Source: Leucoraja ocellata (taxonomy: Eukaryota). From it: a stretch of 64,000 nt of DNA. How positions within the stretch are numbered: the stretch's first letter is position 1; every line of letters starts with the position of its first letter. A program made the position numbers and the translations under genes. The stretch covers positions 5,766,001 to 5,830,000 of the forward strand of contig JAWMAR010000063.1 in assembly GCA_036785375.1 (NCBI GenBank), given 5' to 3'. Under the pieces are notes generated by a model. That model ran no database searches, was not told the origin of the DNA, and worked only from the letters and a program-made list of their open reading frames with translations. Positions 1-10,924 of the stretch are shown here, in pieces.

Positions 1-1
1 A

Positions 2-3000
2 AAGAATGAAGAGGACGACATGTACATTGAAGATTGCTACATTCCGCAAAGATCTATTTACGACACCATGAGAATTAATGAACAGATAGACCTCGGGGCA
101 AAGGCTAACCCGCCATCAAGATGTTTTGTTGACCACACACATTCGCAAACCCAGAGAGCTGTGGACTCGAGCACTTTATCAAGTAATGGAACGCCCACTA
201 CATCAAATGTATTTGAAACGCGATTTAGTTCTGAAAGTAAAAAGTTGGATGAAAGACTTATATTTGACGCATTAAAACTGAGCAGTGATGTTATTCGGTC
301 TTCTGGTCCACCAAAGCGGAGACCGCACGTAGAGAGAAAGGAAAACACAAATAGGAGATCCTGGAAAGCTTTCCTGCCTCCAAATTTCCCAGACTTCACA
401 GAACGAACGGAGGTGTCCGCCAATGAGCCGACCGGTAGTTCTAATTCAATTAAAGAGAAGAGGCTTTCTAGCCACTTGCTTGCTGAAAGTCCTGATCTAT
501 CTTCTGAAAAAGAACTGATCGTAGCTAAGTCAACAATAGAAAATGAACACAAATCTGCCAGAACCCTGGTCTTTCAGCAAAGAGCAGAAAGCAAATTGAA
601 AACTCCTGCAGTTTTATCTCAAAGTTCAGAGAGTGAAAGTGCTCCATTAATGGAGTGTAAACATGTACTGGAGATGGCAAGATTTTTACCAGAGCATCAT
701 ACAAGTATATCTGCAACATGGCCCAGAGCCTTCAAGGCCCAAGGGACATTGGAAGATGCCTCATTTCTACATAAAAGAACAATTGATCTGGCACAGGAAA
801 GTATCGTTACCTATGCAGCATCTCTGGAATGTCGAGGGGTGTTGGATTCTGGTGCAACCAGACTAGATGTGCAGGAGGTTACAGCTGAATTTGATGAACA
901 GAATTATGAAGAGGCTTGTAAATGCCACATTAACCCTGAGATGGTGCACCGGTGTGAAACTGAAGAAATGCTATTTACGTCAGAATTTCTGAGTGAAGAA
1001 TTAGCACTTCAGCAACTAGATGCTGTAATCCTGGAAGGTAGAGAGGAAGATACTGACTCCCTATTGCAGTTTGAGCAAGAGGAGCAAAGATTGACTGAGG
1101 AAAAAGACAATCTCATTGAAGACTCGGTACCTCAACAGTTAGATCGCTTAATTATTAAGCAGGTAGATGACACAGTCACTCCAATATTTGAAAAAGAAAA
1201 AGTGATTGATGACGAGGAGCCTGGTAAGAAACAATTTCACCGATATACTGCAATAGAGGTTGTACAGGGAGATACTGAATCACTAATACAATTTAAAGAT
1301 GAAAGAAACCCTATGGATAATGAAAGGTATATTTCTGAGGAATCATTTCAGCTAGATGATGTAGCCTTGGGGGAGGCAGAGGGGGATACAGATTCTCTGA
1401 TACAATTTGAAGAAATGGAGCAAAGCCTCATTGAAGATGCAGAATTGTACGATGAATTGGCATTTCAGCAACTAGATGCTGTCATTTTGGAAAACACAGA
1501 GGTATTCCATTTTGCAATGCAGCTTGAAGAAGATGGGAGACTGATTGAAGATGAAAAATTCCTGGATGAAAAATCAGCACTTCAGCAGCTCGATGCAATC
1601 ATCTTGGAAAACACAGAGAGAGATGCAGTCTCTCCCACACATTTTTACGAAGAGCAGAGACAGACGGAAGACAATTTCATTTTTGAAGAGGCTGCACGTC
1701 AATTGGATGCTGTAATCTTGGAGAACACGAAAGGAGATGCAGACTCCCTCCTCCAGTTTGAAGATGAAGAGCGAAAGATGATTGCAGACAGCAAAGATCT
1801 CTTTGAAGAATCAGCATTTCAACAGCTGGATGCTGTCATCTTGGCAAGCACAGAGGGGGGTGCACATTCGTTAAGGTTTGAACAGGATGAGAAGAGAGTT
1901 ATGGGGACGGCCAAAATAATGGAATCCGACGTATTAATAGAAGGGGAAAAAGAATTTATAACTTTACAAACATTGAGCTCTTTAGTCAGCCGGAGTTCAG
2001 AGGAAGAGAAAATATTTGAAGAGTTAGAAAACAAACAGCATCGCCTGAGGAGAGTTATTGCAACTGAACAAAGATCAACTACTTCTACAGAATGGAAATA
2101 TTATGCTGATCAGAAAGAGATATCCGAATGTATCTTTCTACAAGGGTCTGATACTGACCCTGATGCCAATGTAAATCAAGAACTTACAAATGTATCTGAA
2201 GAAGACTACAATTTACAAATTGGTCACGATGCCTCCGAAGTTATGATCGATGCAAATGAGGTGTTCATTGACGAAAATAGTAATAAAGATGAAGAAACCG
2301 CATTTGTGGTGGAGGTTACAGGTAGTGACTGTGAAACTTTAATTGACGGATGTGGAATGCAGAGTACTGGTGTAAAATGTGAAGGACAACTAAACTCTCT
2401 TCATTTCGAAGAATGTGAACCAATTGCTCTTTGCCCCCCAGCAAATCCATGCACACCAACAGATTCAGATCTTGCTCATTATGCTCAGGAAGTGGTCATG
2501 TTGTCTGCTGTTGAAGAAAATCCGGACATGCCGACAGACTTTGTCCACTTAAATGAACATCAGCTTATTACTGAAATTCCTTCAACAGATTCCATCGAAG
2601 CCTCGTATCTCGATCTCTCGCACTGTGCTCAGCAGATGGCAACGTTGCACTGTGTGGAGGAGACCAGGGATATGCAGGCGGCTTTGGTCCAGTTAGAAGA
2701 ATGTGAAATGGTTGCTGAGCCCCCTACGACGAGTTGTCCTTTCCATCCTTTAGCACCTAGTGTAGATTTCACAAACTGTTCTCAGGAAGTTATAATTTCT
2801 AATGTGATTGATGCAGACTGTGATGCAGACAAACTTCCTGGTAATTCCGATGAAGAAGAGCATGATTTTAATTTGGAAAGTAAAAGCCTTGAATTTGAAG
2901 AATGTGAAGTTACTGTTCAATCAGAGTTCTCTGACTTAGTGGAGCCTGATGCAGCAGAGATTCATAGTCTTCAGAGGGACAACTTCACTGATTTTCAATG

Positions 3001-3568
3001 GGACAAACAGAAAGGTTTGATAGAGTTGGATGCAATAATATGCTCAGACATTACCGACCCTGTTGCTTTAGATCCAGTGGACACTGATACCACAGAAACA
3101 CCATGTAACAGTGATAACTCAAAAATAAATTCTACGTCGGATGCGCTTGTTCAACACGGGATAAGTGAGGTCTTGTTGATTGATGAGGATACTGACGAGC
3201 AGGTACTCGAAGCAATCAGGTTCCTTTTCCAATCTGACGAAGATGAGGATACTATTAACACCACCATGGAAAGACAAGCAAACAAAGCTCAAAGTTGGGA
3301 GACTAGCCTGCAGGCGGATGTGCTGGAAAATGTTTCCACTTCATACCTTGATGATGACTTTATCGAAGAAGGAACGCTGGAATCTTTATTTGAGATGCAG
3401 GAAGCAAGCTTTGAATCCAGCCCTTGGGGATTATCCTTAGACCCAGGACCACTCTGTGAACTGGTTGAGACCGGTGGCGACTGCTTCGCTGTGAAAGCTA
3501 ATCAACTCGATTCTTCTGCTCAAAGTGATACAGATGATGAGGTATTTATCTTCCTCTCTGATGCTTAA
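2..3568 (+). CDS. KIAA0754: KIAA0754-like giant acidic exon/ORF nested in MACF1 (5' incomplete; probable alternative first exon)
   Basis: 1182-aa ORF at 20..3568; the frame stays open to the window edge (KNEEDD before the Met). N-terminal motifs YIEDCYIPQRSIYDTMRINEQID, KKLDERLIFDALKLSSD, NRRSWKAFLPPNFPDF and SATWPRA match my recollection of vertebrate KIAA0754, which lies in a MACF1 intron. Phase-0 donor GAG|GTATTT at 3541/3542. Confidence 0.8.
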   Translation, partial: KNEEDDMYIEDCYIPQRSIYDTMRINEQIDLGAKANPPSRCFVDHTHSQTQRAVDSSTLSSNGTPTTSNVFETRFSSESKKLDERLIFDALKLSSDVIRSSGPPKRRPHVERKENTNRRSWKAFLPPNFPDFTERTEVSANEPTGSSNSIKEKRLSSHLLAESPDLSSEKELIVAKSTIENEHKSARTLVFQQRAESKLKTPAVLSQSSESESAPLMECKHVLEMARFLPEHHTSISATWPRAFKAQGTLEDASFLHKRTIDLAQESIVTYAASLECRGVLDSGATRLDVQEVTAEFDEQNYEEACKCHINPEMVHRCETEEMLFTSEFLSEELALQQLDAVILEGREEDTDSLLQFEQEEQRLTEEKDNLIEDSVPQQLDRLIIKQVDDTVTPIFEKEKVIDDEEPGKKQFHRYTAIEVVQGDTESLIQFKDERNPMDNERYISEESFQLDDVALGEAEGDTDSLIQFEEMEQSLIEDAELYDELAFQQLDAVILENTEVFHFAMQLEEDGRLIEDEKFLDEKSALQQLDAIILENTERDAVSPTHFYEEQRQTEDNFIFEEAARQLDAVILENTKGDADSLLQFEDEERKMIADSKDLFEESAFQQLDAVILASTEGGAHSLRFEQDEKRVMGTAKIMESDVLIEGEKEFITLQTLSSLVSRSSEEEKIFEELENKQHRLRRVIATEQRSTTSTEWKYYADQKEISECIFLQGSDTDPDANVNQELTNVSEEDYNLQIGHDASEVMIDANEVFIDENSNKDEETAFVVEVTGSDCETLIDGCGMQSTGVKCEGQLNSLHFEECEPIALCPPANPCTPTDSDLAHYAQEVVMLSAVEENPDMPTDFVHLNEHQLITEIPSTDSIEASYLDLSHCAQQMATLHCVEETRDMQAALVQLEECEMVAEPPTTSCPFHPLAPSVDFTNCSQEVIISNVIDADCDADKLPGNSDEEEHDFNLESKSLEFEECEVTVQSEFSDLVEPDAAEIHSLQRDNFTDFQWDKQKGLIELDAIICSDITDPVALDPVDTDTTETPCNSDNSKINSTSDALVQHGISEVLLIDEDTDEQVLEAIRFLFQSDEDEDTINTTMERQANKAQSWETSLQADVLENVSTSYLDDDFIEEGTLESLFEMQEASFESSPWGLSLDPGPLCELVETGGDCFAVKANQLDSSAQSDTDDEVFIFLSDA

Positions 3569-3724
3569 CATCATTTTTAGGAAACACAGTTGCTTGGGCT
3601 TCGCATGAAACCCCTTTGAAACTGCTGAGCTTTATTTACAGTGTCTTGTGACTAAATTAGAAATGTAGAACTTTTTCATGGATTTTCATCAACAACTGCA
3701 ATATTTGTAACCGTTTTAAGTAAC

Positions 3725-3768
3725 AATTTCCCTCCAGGGATGAATAAAGTTTTATCGTATCGTAAGTA
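3725..3768 (+). repeat. short retroposon 3' tail containing AATAAA (3743-3748)
   Basis: aatttccctccagggatgaataaagttttatcgtatcgtaagta; a near-identical copy lies at 28791-28835. Confidence 0.6.
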
Positions 3769-4954
3769 AGCTGTGATGCCCCCGTGTGTGACTTCAGCCT
3801 TTCAAGGTCCTTCACCATGAGCTGCATTCAATGTCCTGTTTGTGAAATACATTTACTATATTATGACCTTCATATTACTGTAAATATATTTCACAAACAC
3901 TCATTAAAAGCTTCCGCAAGATCTATGTCACTGTGGCAACTATTTTATTGCTCAGCTAATTACTTAAAACAAAATGTATGTGTCGACGGAGATGGGGCCA
4001 TTCCGTTACGAGGAGAGACTGTACCGGTTGTCTTTATTTTCCTTTGAGTGGAGGAAGCTGAAAGGAACTTGACAGGGATGTACTAAATTACACGAGGCTC
4101 ATAGAGGGTGGACAGGGACATACCTTATCCACAACCAAGACGTCTGAAATCAAAGGGCATAGCTTTAAGGTGAGGGGGAGAGGGGACCTGAGGAATATAT
4201 TTGCAATCTAGCATGTAGTGCCTGAAAAGATAGGAGGTAAGTGCTTGCAACATTATACATTTACCTGGATAAGCTCTTGAATCACCAAGGCAAGGAAGGG
4301 TGAAAACCAAGTGCTGCTGAAAGGGATTGGTGCAGCTGAGTGCCCAGTGGTCAGCGTGCACCATGGCGCCCATTTTTGTGTCAATGTTTCAGTAATATAG
4401 AAGCTAAAGGTAGAATGGGAGAAAATAAATGTGGCATTGGCTGTCGATGGTTATTACAGGATGAGGTTGGATAATATTTCAATGCCGACATAATGTTTAT
4501 TTAGATCCCGATGAAAGATTTTTTATTTAGCTTCTTTGAAATTGCCGCTGCACAGATTAGGTTTCAAGTCGGGGCTCAGATTTGGTGATTTGCATGGTTT
4601 TAATGTGGAGGTGCAAGCAGACAAGTTTGATTGTTAAAAATATTTCTGCTGGCCCTTTATATTTTGTATTCGTACACCAGATAGAGATGGAGCTGCCAAG
4701 GCTAACGTTACTCTTCACTTACCGTGTGAGAAAGTAGTGCTACGGTGCCTTCTCTAACTGCTGTGATCCATTGTTGAAGGTGGAGAGAGGCTGTTAGGTG
4801 GAGAGTTCAGCACATTTTCTCAGCAACAGTGAAGGAATAGCAACATGTTGTGCAGCGTGGAGATTGCACCTGCAATCATTGACTTTTTATTTGGAACAGG
4901 TCAGGAGTATAGTCAAATACGTTTTAACAAGTTGATTAAATACAGATGACAAAC

Positions 4955-5072
4955 GTAGAAATAAGGAACTGCAGATGCTGATTTACGAAATAAAAAACAT
5001 AAAAGTGCTGAAGTAACTGAAGTGGAACAAGCAGCATCTCTGGAGAACATGGATAGGTGACGTTTTGGGTTC
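4955..5072 (-). mobile_element. Penelope-like terminal repeat fragment
   Basis: aaggaactgcagatgctg...gcagcatctctggagaacatggataggtgacgttttgggt, shared with the repeat attached to GIY-YIG remnants. Confidence 0.6.
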
Positions 5073-6286
5073 AAGTTCACATTTATTGTCACATGTTGAG
5101 TTACATGATATTTGAGTTACCATGCAGCCATACAAGTAAAAAAGCAAACAATACACAATAGAGTTTAACATAAACATCCACCACAGTGGAATCAGCACTC
5201 TTCACTGTGATGGAAGGCAATTGTGTATTGTTGCTGTCCCTACCACTTCTTACTTTTGTTTCATTTTGTTTATATGTTTGTAATTTGCTTGTTTTAATCT
5301 GTAAGGTGTCATTGAGAGTCCTGAAAGGCACCCATAAATAAGATGCATTATTATTAATATTATTATTAATAAAGTTCAGTCATTGTTTGTTCAATCATTC
5401 AGATCTGATGAAGAGATAGTTTTAGAGGGAATGAGTGATTACGGTGTGGGATGGGCGGCAAGTCCAGCTGGCTACTTTGCCTGAATAGTGTTGTTGTGAT
5501 TTGAAATTGTTGGCATTGCACCCAACCAAAGCGAGTAGCAAGCACCATATCACTTGTGCCTTGTTATCAGGGTGTGAATATGTGAGTCGCTTGCCATATG
5601 ATGTAGTCTCTGACCTGCATTTAGAGCCATGGTCATTACTTATCTAGCTGTTGTTGAGATATTGGTTAATGGTGACAACCCCCTCCACCCCCCCCCACAC
5701 ACACACAACCTACCCTCTGCAAGTTGATGATAGTGGGGGCCGGGAAACTGCTTGTGCACGTCAAAGATAGGTGCCTAGACGTTGGAGGCGCTCATTGCCT
5801 GGCACTTGACACAAATGCTACTTGCCACTTGTCTGCCCATTCCTGCACTTGCTCTGTTTATTTTCTCTTTGTGCACTCATCCATACATGATATGAATGCA
5901 GTCATGTACAGTATGATCGGTATGGATATCATTGTGCTTTTCACTGTATCTTAGTACACGTGACAATAATATACCAAAAACAATCTGGAACTCTCTCCCT
6001 CTGATGGCTCGTTGAGATAATTATTCTGGCAGCATTTAAGAAGTAATTAGACGAGCGCTTGAAATTGTACAGATGTTCATGAACCAAATGCTGAGAAATA
6101 GGATTCCTATGGGCCAGCGTGTAGCAAAGGCCTGTTTATGTATTGTCTGACTGGATTTGTATTGTCTGACTGGATTTGCTCCTTTTTCTGTTTTCAGGTG
6201 CTTTATATACATTAGAGCTCGCCATATTACCTGATAAATATATTCCAAAGTCTTGTACTTTCATATTCCTATATTTTGAAATCAAA

Positions 6287-6504
6287 GTGGAATTCATTGC
6301 CACAGACAGCTGTGGAGGCCAAGTCAATGGATATTTTTAAGTGGGAGATTGACAGATTCCTGATTAGTATGGGTGTCAGGGGTTATGGGGAGAAGGCAGG
6401 AGAATGGGGTTGAGAGGGAAAGATAGATTAGCCATGATTGAATGGCGGAGTAGACTTGATTAGACCAAATAATCTAATTCTGTATCTAGAACTTATGAAC
6501 TTAT
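6287..6504 (+). mobile_element. CR1-type LINE 3' fragment
   Basis: gtggaattcattgccacag...ggttatggggagaaggcagg... 3' UTR; similar to the copy at 59017-59362. Confidence 0.75.
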
Positions 6505-7544
6505 AAAAGTAAGTGTATTTGCAACTGTGAAAACTATTATAGCATTTTCTGGTGTTGATCATTTATGAGATCAAATATAATGTTACACTTCCCATAAATG
6601 TTTTTGATTTCTCAAGGCAAGTCTTAAAAACATCTTGAATGTCTGCACAAGGTGGACATTAATGAATCAATAACCTGTGCACCGTGGTAAAAAGGTTTTC
6701 CAAATGTTCATTTGGAGCTGTCTGGTTTTCTTCTGTCACTGCCTAACACAAATTGAGAATGTAATCCTTTGTTAATAACCTGCATATTACAATGCCCCTT
6801 TTCTTAGTGTGGAAAATTATTTGAATGTTAAGACAGGGCAATATGGACACTGGTTTTATGTAGCAGGCAGCTAGAATTGAATGCCGATTCTTCCATTTGT
6901 TGCAGAAATTGCAAACAAATTGCTCTTTCCGCATATTGATGAAAGGATTTGTTTTTAATTAAGATTAAGCTTTATTGGTTTTGCAGTGTTTACTGATATT
7001 TTATTAGTCAGCCTGTGGTGCCACATAATATGTATGTCACAACAGCTGGAGGGGATTTACAATCCAGTTGGCTTAAGGAATTTTTAAAAATGGAATAAGT
7101 TAATTGATCACTTGTAACTGTTCTGTCATTCAATGAAATTATGGCCAACATCTTATTTCAGCGCTACCTTCCTGCATTAATCCCAGTACCCCTGGGTTTC
7201 CTTGGTATGAAATGATCTTTAGCGATCTATGTTAGCACAGGCAACTGAGCAGCCTGCTAGAATAGTGACGTCCCAAGATTCACTAATTATTTAAGTGAAA
7301 ACATTATTTCCAAAATCCCTCTCCTGAATGGCTGATCCTTTATTTTGGGACTGTGACCACTCGTTCTGGACACCTCCGCCAGAAGTTAGCACGCAACAAA
7401 AGTTTTTCACTGTACCTCAGTACACGTGACAATAAACTAAGCTAAGTTTAAACTTTGTATTGGCCCTGTAAACCCCATTTTGTATGTTTTAGTTAGATCT
7501 TCAGATTTCCAGGCTTGATAGTACACGTCCAGTTCACTTTTTTA

Positions 7545-8185
7545 AAAAAAGGTACAATGTGCTGGACTAACTCAGAGGGTCGGGCAGCATCTCTGGAGAA
7601 CTGATTGTGGGGGCAATGGGGGGCGGGGAGGGGGGGGGGGGTGGACAAAGCTGGAAGAAAGAAGAGGCAGAACGAAACTTGGCCGGTAATCAGTGGATAT
7701 GGGTTTTTTATGGCCAGATGGTTGGGCTGAGGCCACAGATGAAAAGACAGAAGCTGTGAGATGAAATAATTGAAGAGTTACAAATTGTGAAGCTAGAGGA
7801 AGGAATGTAAGTGGAAGGGGAGGTGGAGAGACAAACAGATGCAGTCCAGGTGTGGCACAGGGGGGAAGGGCAATTTAAGTTATTTAGTATTGAAGAATTT
7901 AATGTTCATACTACTGGATTGCAAGTGCTGTTCCTCCATTTTATGTGTGTCCCCACTCTACCAATGGAGTAGGCCCAGGATGGACAGGTCAATCTGGGAA
8001 AGGGAAGAGAGTTAAAATGTTTAGCAGCCGGGAGATTCAGTACGCCTTTGCGGGCCGATCGGACGTGTTTGGCGAAACAGTCGCCAAGTATACGCTAGGT
8101 CTTGCCAATGTACAGAAGGCCATTTCAGGAACACCAGATGCAGTAGATGTGGTTAGAGGAGGCGCAAGTGAACCTCCATCTAACC
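7545..8185 (-). mobile_element. Penelope-like retroelement remnant (GIY-YIG endonuclease pseudogene + terminal repeat)
   Basis: Minus strand reads RFTCASSNHIYCIWCS*NGLLYIGKT*RILGDCFAKHVRS (IY..YIG.T.R...H motif with stops), followed by the gatgctgcc...agtccagcac terminal repeat. Confidence 0.8.
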
Positions 8186-8596
8186 TGGACTCACTAGCAG
8201 TCCTTCCAGATGACACAGAGGTACATGTACACTTGTATTATCAGGGTTCTTCAGTTTATTACACTGATTCCCCTCATCCAAATTGTTGTTTTTAGATTGC
8301 CAAAGACTGTGCCCTAGTACCAATCCCCTCCAGTCCTAATGCAGGTTTCATCCGAAAACATAGACAATTCCTCTCCCGGCCCCACCAATCCACAGATGAT
8401 GTTTGTCCCACAGCATTTCTGCAGCAGATTGTTTGTTACCCTTGTTACCATTGGTTGCATCCTCCCAACTTGAAAATTACCCATTTATTCCCCCGTTTTC
8501 TGTCAAATAACCAATGCTCAATCCATACTCATGTATTGCCCACAATAAAATGTTATGTACACTTGTTTTATTTAATGACCTCTTGTGGGGTCTGTT

Positions 8597-8855
8597 AAGG
8601 GCCTGTCTCCCTTGGCGATTTTTGTTTGGCGACTGCCAGCATCGTTGACTGACGTATCAGGTCACTGAAAAATACGTGGCGTGACACGGCGTGATGACGT
8701 ATGACGCGGCGGTGACGTGGTGTGATCACGTATGACGCGCGGTGTTTTTTCCTGTGTCGCAAAAACTTTTTGCCGCCGCTGGATTTTGAAATGTTCTAAA
8801 TCTTTTGGAGACACTGATATGACATTGGCAAAATCGGCAAGTGGGACAGGCCCTT
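8597..8855. mobile_element. non-autonomous DNA transposon (MITE, PIF/Harbinger-like)
   Basis: TIRs aagggcctgtctccc...gtgggacaggccctt; CpG-rich interior. Confidence 0.7.
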
Positions 8856-8959
8856 TACTGGCATTGCAAGAGTCCAAATGTACCACACCAACTGGTTCCG
8901 CCTTGGCTATTCTGCTAGTCACAACCTCAAATTTCAAACAGATTTGTCAAATATGTTTG

Positions 8960-9056
8960 GTAGACAGCAATGCTGGAGAAACTCAGCGGGCGAGGCAGCA
9001 TCTATGGAGCGAAGGAAATAGGCAACGTTTCGGGTCGAAACCCTTCTTCAGACCAC
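8960..9056 (-). ncRNA. Penelope-type terminal repeat with minimal hammerhead ribozyme core (9021-9054)
   Basis: Minus strand: ggt CTGAAGA a GGGT-TTCG-ACCC GAAA CG TT gcc. Confidence 0.6.
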
Positions 9057-9625
9057 ACCACTGTCAAATATGTTTTTTTTTTCCATAAATCCATCTTGTC
9101 TCTCTCCATTCCTACATTTGCTTCCCACTTCCTCAATAACAAATTCCAGCATATTCCCCACCACTGAAGTTATGTTAACAGGATTGAAAGGGCTCTATTT
9201 CCTCTCTTTTAAATAGTTGGGTTACATTGCAGTCTTCCAGTCTGCAGTCACATTCTGTTCAAGAATCTAATATTGTGTAACAATCAATGAATCTGCTCTC
9301 TCTAGAGCTGCGCACTTCACAGCCCCAGGATGTATGTCAATGATTACTTTAAACCTAAAAGAACCAACCTGGTTTTTGTAAGATACATTTTCTAAATGGT
9401 TATGTGCATAGCTAGCTCAAATACCATCACATCTGTGAAAACCATTTTATAGCAGTTGGATCTCTGTCAGCATTTCTTTTCTCTCTGGCGCTCGCTCTCT
9501 GGCATTCTCGTTCTCTCACCCAACGTTATGCTCCTCGAAGATAAAATTCTACTGAGAGAATTAGATCAAAGCAGGAGATTTTTATTGTCATGTAGGAACA
9601 CTAAAGGTATAAGGTGCAGTGCATG

Positions 9626-9900
9626 GGAAGGAACTGCAGATTCTGGGGCTGTGAAGTGAGCAGCTGTAGAGAGAGCAGATTCATTGATTGTTACACAATA
9701 TTAGATGCTGGTTTAAACCAAAGATAGACACAAAATACTGGAGTAACTCAGCGGAAAAGGGCGGCATCTCTGGAAAGAAGGAATGGGTGGGGTTTCGGGT
9801 CAAAACCCTTCTTCAGACTGGCTCTGGATCTTCTCTCCAGAGATGCTGCCTGTTCTGCTGAGTTACTCCATCCATTTCGTGTCTATAAAAGTTGCAGTTC
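9626..9900. mobile_element. palindromic Penelope-derived terminal repeat with inserted inverted copy of 9265-9328
   Basis: atagacacaaaatactggagtaactcagc... / ...gctgagttactcc...gtgtctat arms; degenerate hammerhead core on minus strand at ~9785-9818. Confidence 0.65.
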
Positions 9901-10630
9901 ATTTTCTGTGCTGCAGATAATGAGCAAGGACACTTCTGGAAGAGCTGAAGTAATTTTAAGTAAAATGTTAAATAAAGGAATGATTTTAAGTGACAATTAT
10001 AAATAATTAAAATACAATATCTTCTAAGTTTTACCAAAGACTGCACACAGTCAGAAAATGTTAAACAAAGGAGGCCGGTTAAAAAAATAAATAGGAATTG
10101 TCAACAGGCCTTTTTATACTCTTCCTACCAGGCATATGATATATAGAGAATAGCTTTATTTATAACTTGGAGGGAAGAGTGGAAGTTCTATTGTTTTTGG
10201 CGTACATTTGGTCATGCGTACATTATCCATGTTCGATGGTGTCCTTTTAAACGTCTCTATCTGATCATGTTGAGTAACAAGTTTTTGTTTACATCTCTAA
10301 GTTGAAATGAAATCTAAGTTCCTCTGTTTTCAGATCTCTGGAGTCGGCTTCAGTTGCACATCAACTTTCTAACATCTTAAGCTTGCTCGTTGTCTTGCAT
10401 AATGTTGGTCAAAGAGAATAATTATACAGACCTTTTAACAAAATCAATCTGTTCCTCCATTTTGCATCTTTGAGCTTGATTTCAATCTGTTCTGTTTTCC
10501 AAGAGAACTTTGTGTATCTGAGTTATTTTAATTGTGTAATGTCTTAAGACTGAATCCTCCATCGCTTGAGAAAATGTAATTAGATAATATTTCATTGTGA
10601 CTTTTTGTGACTTTCATTCTTTTATTTCAG

Positions 10631-10792
10631 ACGTTTCAAAAGGTTCAGGTGGATCCTATACAGTACAAACTTCAGCAGGCCAATGGAGTGGGTCAGGGTC
10701 TTATTCAGAGTGCTGCAAAGAATGCAAATACACAAGGACTTGAACATGATCTAGATGAAACCAATATCAGATGGAACACGCTCAACAAAAAG
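10631..10792 (+). CDS. MACF1: MACF1 exon (TFQKVQVDPIQ...RWNTLNKK), 162 nt, phase 0-0
   Basis: tttcag|ACG ... AAG|gtcggg; spectrin-repeat peptide. Confidence 0.93.
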
Positions 10793-10924
10793 GTCGGGTT
10801 TTCTTTGTCATTTATGCAAAGCAACATTATTTGGCAGGGTGAGGGTAGGATAGTTATTTATTCCGATGGGAAAGTAATTGAAAAATATTTTAAATAAAAT
10901 CTATATATCGAGACTGTGTGTAAA

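Noticed and set aside
7608-7644. G-quadruplex regulatory element (also 16613-16628, 20082-20096)
   Set aside because: Poly-G runs, two of them inside transposon remnants; no evidence of function.
7945-8295. 116-aa plus-strand ORF
   Set aside because: It is the antisense shadow of the minus-strand GIY-YIG pseudogene.
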